Source: the human T2T-CHM13v2.0 reference genome, Homo sapiens
Direction: 5' to 3' (one strand)
Length of the DNA stretch: 64,000 nucleotides
NCBI RefSeq assembly: GCF_009914755.1
Contig: NC_060929.1
In this document: piece by piece, positions 60,590 to 64,000 of the stretch
Numbering within the stretch: the stretch's first letter is position 1
Layout: each line of letters starts with the position of its first letter
Made by a program: the position numbers and the translations under genes
The notes under the pieces: generated by a model
Database searches by the model: none
Told to the model about the DNA's origin: nothing
Seen by the model: the letters and a program-made list of their open reading frames with translations, nothing else

Positions 60590-61270
60590 TTGGATGGTCC
60601 TGCATGCCTTTGCTCCAGTTGGCAGCTGTTGTGTTCTGCTGGTGTCGGTGTCCACCTGCAGGTAGTCCTGCTCACCTTCTCACCGCTGCTCCTGTCTGCA
60701 CCCGCTTGCTAGAGGAAGCATCACTGGCTCTCACGGAGGTGTCTTGTGAGGAAGAGGAATGAGCTTTCAGTGCATGGAAGTTGTGACAGTTTTTTGGGCT
60801 ATTCAAAGACCTTGTGGCCTGTTTCTTGGCCCCTAAAACATCCTGAAGAGGTAAGATTGCCTGAGAGTTGCATTCCATGTTATCAACTTGTAACCACATT
60901 TGGTTTAGGGGGACTTTCAGTTTCTTTTCTTGGAGGTGCTTCTTCTGCATTAACTTCAGCAGGTTAATGTGAGAATTCACACCCTCTAGCCAACACAGGA
61001 GCCCAGGAGTTGACCAAGTGTGAATGGATGGTCCAAGTCTGTCCACGGAGTGAATTCTCCATAAGTAGCCACTTGTGAGGTGATTCCAGGGGTGCCATCT
61101 AGTGAAACACTAGCCAGATGATTCTTCAATGAAAGTATGGAAACCCTTGGTTGTCACTGAGCTGAGTAATGGCCTCAAGTCACACCTCCAGGCCCAGCAG
61201 CTTCTGCTCAGAGACAAATGCTGTTTCTTCACTTGCCAGTCCACACATTCCACAGCCTCTTCATTTGCAT
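60590..61270 (-). pseudogene. Putative fossil ORF1 of a CR1/L3-type LINE (zf/leucine zipper plus SGNH esterase start)
   Basis: Manual translation of 61263-61141 gives *RGCGMCGLASEETAFVSEQKLLGLEV*LEAITQLSDNQGF. Downstream come WLQV, HNFHAL, KRV..TG and LPTGAKA in the order expected for CR1 ORF1. Similarity is judged from recalled consensus, not a search. Confidence 0.55.
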
Positions 61271-62529
61271 CTGGTATCCCATGTTGGCTGGGCCATGGTA
61301 AAACCTGCAGCTGTGTCTGTCCTTTCTTCTCGGGGCCCAGGAGGAAGGTGTGGGAACAGATTCCCGAGACAACTGTTGTCTATGGAGACCCCATTGCACT
61401 GACACCTTTGGGCCTATGGGACATGGCAGATGGCCCTGGGCTGTGGGAAGCTATCCCAGGAAGTTGGGTCCACCACCCACAAATAGATGTTCATCTTTCT
61501 GGAGTTGGGGATTTTGTTCCTGGGCTCATTTTTATGTGCTGTTTCTGTCGGCTACTCTCCTTAGAACAACCTCGGCAAGGTGGGGAATAAGAGAGAGATT
61601 ATGCTGTGTCTGCATTGAGAGGGTCATTCCAAGATGGATGAGTGGCTAGCTGGGGACTTTTTGAATAGGGTTGGGCATGCCTTTTCTTGGCAGGGATTGG
61701 TTTTGGTTTGGACTGTGCGCTCTCTTGGGAAGGGTACTGGGGGTGTGTAGTGCCAGGAGAGGCCCCAAATGCCAGCTATCACGTTGAAGGCAGTTTCTTC
61801 CAAGGCACATCTATCATGAGTCAAGGAGGGTCTGCTTACACAACCCATGCATCAGGGTCTTAGAGGGCTCTCCTTGCCTTCTTAGACCCTGTCACATGGC
61901 TTGGAGAAGCACCTGTTCTCTGTGTGACCACCTGGGCCAGGCCCAGGAACATTCAGCCTCTGTGATAGGAAACACAGGCTGGGAGGTGGGTGTTGTGGCC
62001 TCAAGTCTCATATCTGCCAAGAAAATGGGACAACAGATGCAGACATTTCCTCTCTCCCTTTTTGAACCCAGTGTCCTCATCTCTCATTGAGGGGGCCAGA
62101 TTAGAGGCCTTCCAAGGTTTCTTCCAGATAACATAACACCCATAAAGCCACCTGCCTGGCAAATCTCCTCAATAAAGGGTGTAGGTGTTTGTTCCCATGT
62201 GCAGCCCCTCAGGCACGGAACTCATGCAGGCAGGAGATATGTTTCATCCTTCCTGGCAACCGTTCAGGTCTTCTCTTTGTCTTCAGAGCTTTACGGTTTC
62301 ACTACAATATGTCTAAGTGTGATTTTTAAAAAATATTTATTTATTTATTTTTATTTTACTTTTCCTACTTGGAATTTGTTGGCTTCCAAAACCCGAGGGT
62401 TAACAACTTTTACCAATTCTGGAAAAGTATCTGCCATCATCTCTTTAATTCTTCGTCCTCCTCCTATTATCTTTGGGAAATCTGATTAGATATATAATAA
62501 ACTTTTTCAGTCTATCTTACAGTAAATTT

Positions 62530-63430
62530 TTGAGAGGAATACAACCAAATACAACAAAAACAATTACTTTTTGCTCACAGGTTCGTGGGTTGGCCCTGGA
62601 GGCTCTGCTCCATCCAGAGCCACTTGGTTCAGGTCTGATCCACCTGGCTCTCCTTCCAGGACCCAGGCTGCAGGGGCACAGTTACCTGGGTGAATTCTCA
62701 GGCCTTATAGGGCCAAGACAAACCACAGAAGTACATTTAACTTCTGCACATATCATGGCCACTCACACTCCATTGGCTGAAGAAAGTCACGTGGCAAAGC
62801 TCCAAATAAGGGGGTGAGAAGTCCACTTCAGCCATGGAGTCAGTTGGGGATTATTTGCTGAGCAATAATACAATCTACCTCAGCCTGTCATCTTTATCAC
62901 AAATATTCACTTCCCTCCCTCAAGCAAAATGTACTTACTTCCTCCCCAGATGGTTCAAAAATTTCCAATCCAATCACAGCATCAGGCTGGAAGTCTTGTC
63001 TCCATCAGTTCCTATTCACCCAGAGGCCCATGAACTAGAGACAAGTATTTGCCCCCAGTTCACCCACCAAAAAACCACAATATACAGTTGAAGAGCTGGG
63101 ACAGAGTAGCCACAACTGTCCCATTTGAAAGGGGGACAAGCAGGAAGCACAGAACAGGGGTTCACAGCAGATTCTTCCTTTGGGGAAAATACCGTGAGGT
63201 CTTCCTACCCTGGGGTTAGACAATATTCCTGGATTAGGTCCTGCTTCTGCTCTCTGGGAACAGCTCCCAGATCCACTGGCTCCTGGTTTCACCCTCTGGG
63301 AGTTCCTTCCTTTCCACCATGTTCCTTGTCGACTTCCAGAAAAAAAAGCATTAAAAATATACCCTCCCTAGAGTGGCTGAGTACCTTTCTCAGCCTACCT
63401 TCTGCCAATAGAAAGTGGGAGTCCGAGGCT
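62530..63430 (-). mobile_element. Old MLT1 (J/K-like) LTR plus MaLR internal sequence
   Basis: ttttgctcacag...ccattggctgaagaaagtcacgtggc...tatttgctgagcaataatacaatctacctca, then MLT1-int-like sequence. Confidence 0.65.
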
Positions 63431-63469
63431 TTTTTTTTTGTATGGGTCAGTTGTTATTGGTTGCATTTT

Positions 63470-63800
63470 ATAAGGTGCTACAAGAAAGAAATGAACTCAG
63501 TAAAGAACTGGCTGGTTTGCAAACAGAATTGACAGTCCTGAAGTTCTTAGACTTTTGCAGTTGCAGAATGGAACTGTTTCCTCACCAAATTCAGGGTGTA
63601 GCCATTAAGATATAGCCATAGGTCAAAGACGAAATTAAAGCATAGCCATTAAGACATTGTCTCAGAACAAAAATCAGATTGCAGATATGGCCATCACACA
63701 ACTTTGGTAAAACCTTAAAACCTCTGATTAGATTAAGGTCATACCTGGTAGATTGATTTAACAGGACAAAATGGCTCCTGTGGAAGCCTAAAGAGCCCCA
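63470..63800 (+). mobile_element. MLT1-internal-like fragment
   Basis: ctcagtaaagaactggctggtttgcaa...gggtgtagccattaaga...aaaacctctgattagattaagg. Confidence 0.5.
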
Positions 63801-64000
63801 AATACCTAGAATTAAGTTGAGCACATGTGAGAGACTGTGTGAGTGCATGCACGATGGATGGCTCCAAAGAATGGTGGGTCTGGCTTTTGGCATATTGAGT
63901 TGGGCTTGGCAGATCATGGAGGTGACACAGTCATGGCTGCCGTGCTCATGCAACTCTGGCCTCAGCTGCAGCTTTTAGCACTGTGGATTTCCACACCTGT

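Noticed and set aside
51096-61590. Longest non-repeat ORFs (51096-51572, 52636-53100, 53661-54131, 56117-56656, 61129-61590)
   Set aside because: They show no recognisable domains, often use non-ATG starts, overlap STR or old repeat sequence in some cases, and have lengths expected by chance in GC-rich DNA.

Overview
This is primate (human-like) genomic DNA, not prokaryotic. It carries six Alu elements (AluS and AluY types), many L1, L2 and MIR fragments, MaLR LTRs (MLT1, MSTB, THE1), two Tigger-derived MITEs and a near-complete HAL1. I find no supportable protein-coding exon, tRNA, rRNA or CRISPR array, and the ORF track is explained by Alu and L1 fossils, a 30-bp VNTR and chance. More than half of the window is transposon-derived, including deeply nested stacks with readable target-site duplications (2.2-10 kb and 28-44 kb). 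The unique islands (about 10-12.7, 16.5-17.3, 27, 53-57 kb) carry developmental-enhancer-type motifs (PBX-HOX plus MEIS, TCF/LEF, SOX, CDX/HOX). The most unusual signal is a degraded minus-strand reading frame at about 60.6-61.3 kb resembling the 5' ORF1 (zinc-finger/leucine-zipper plus SGNH esterase) of a CR1/L3-type LINE, with a CTCF-like motif inside it. I see no evidence of a new multi-gene system. Repeat boundaries and subfamily calls are by eye, from recalled consensus sequences, and are approximate unless a TSD is given.
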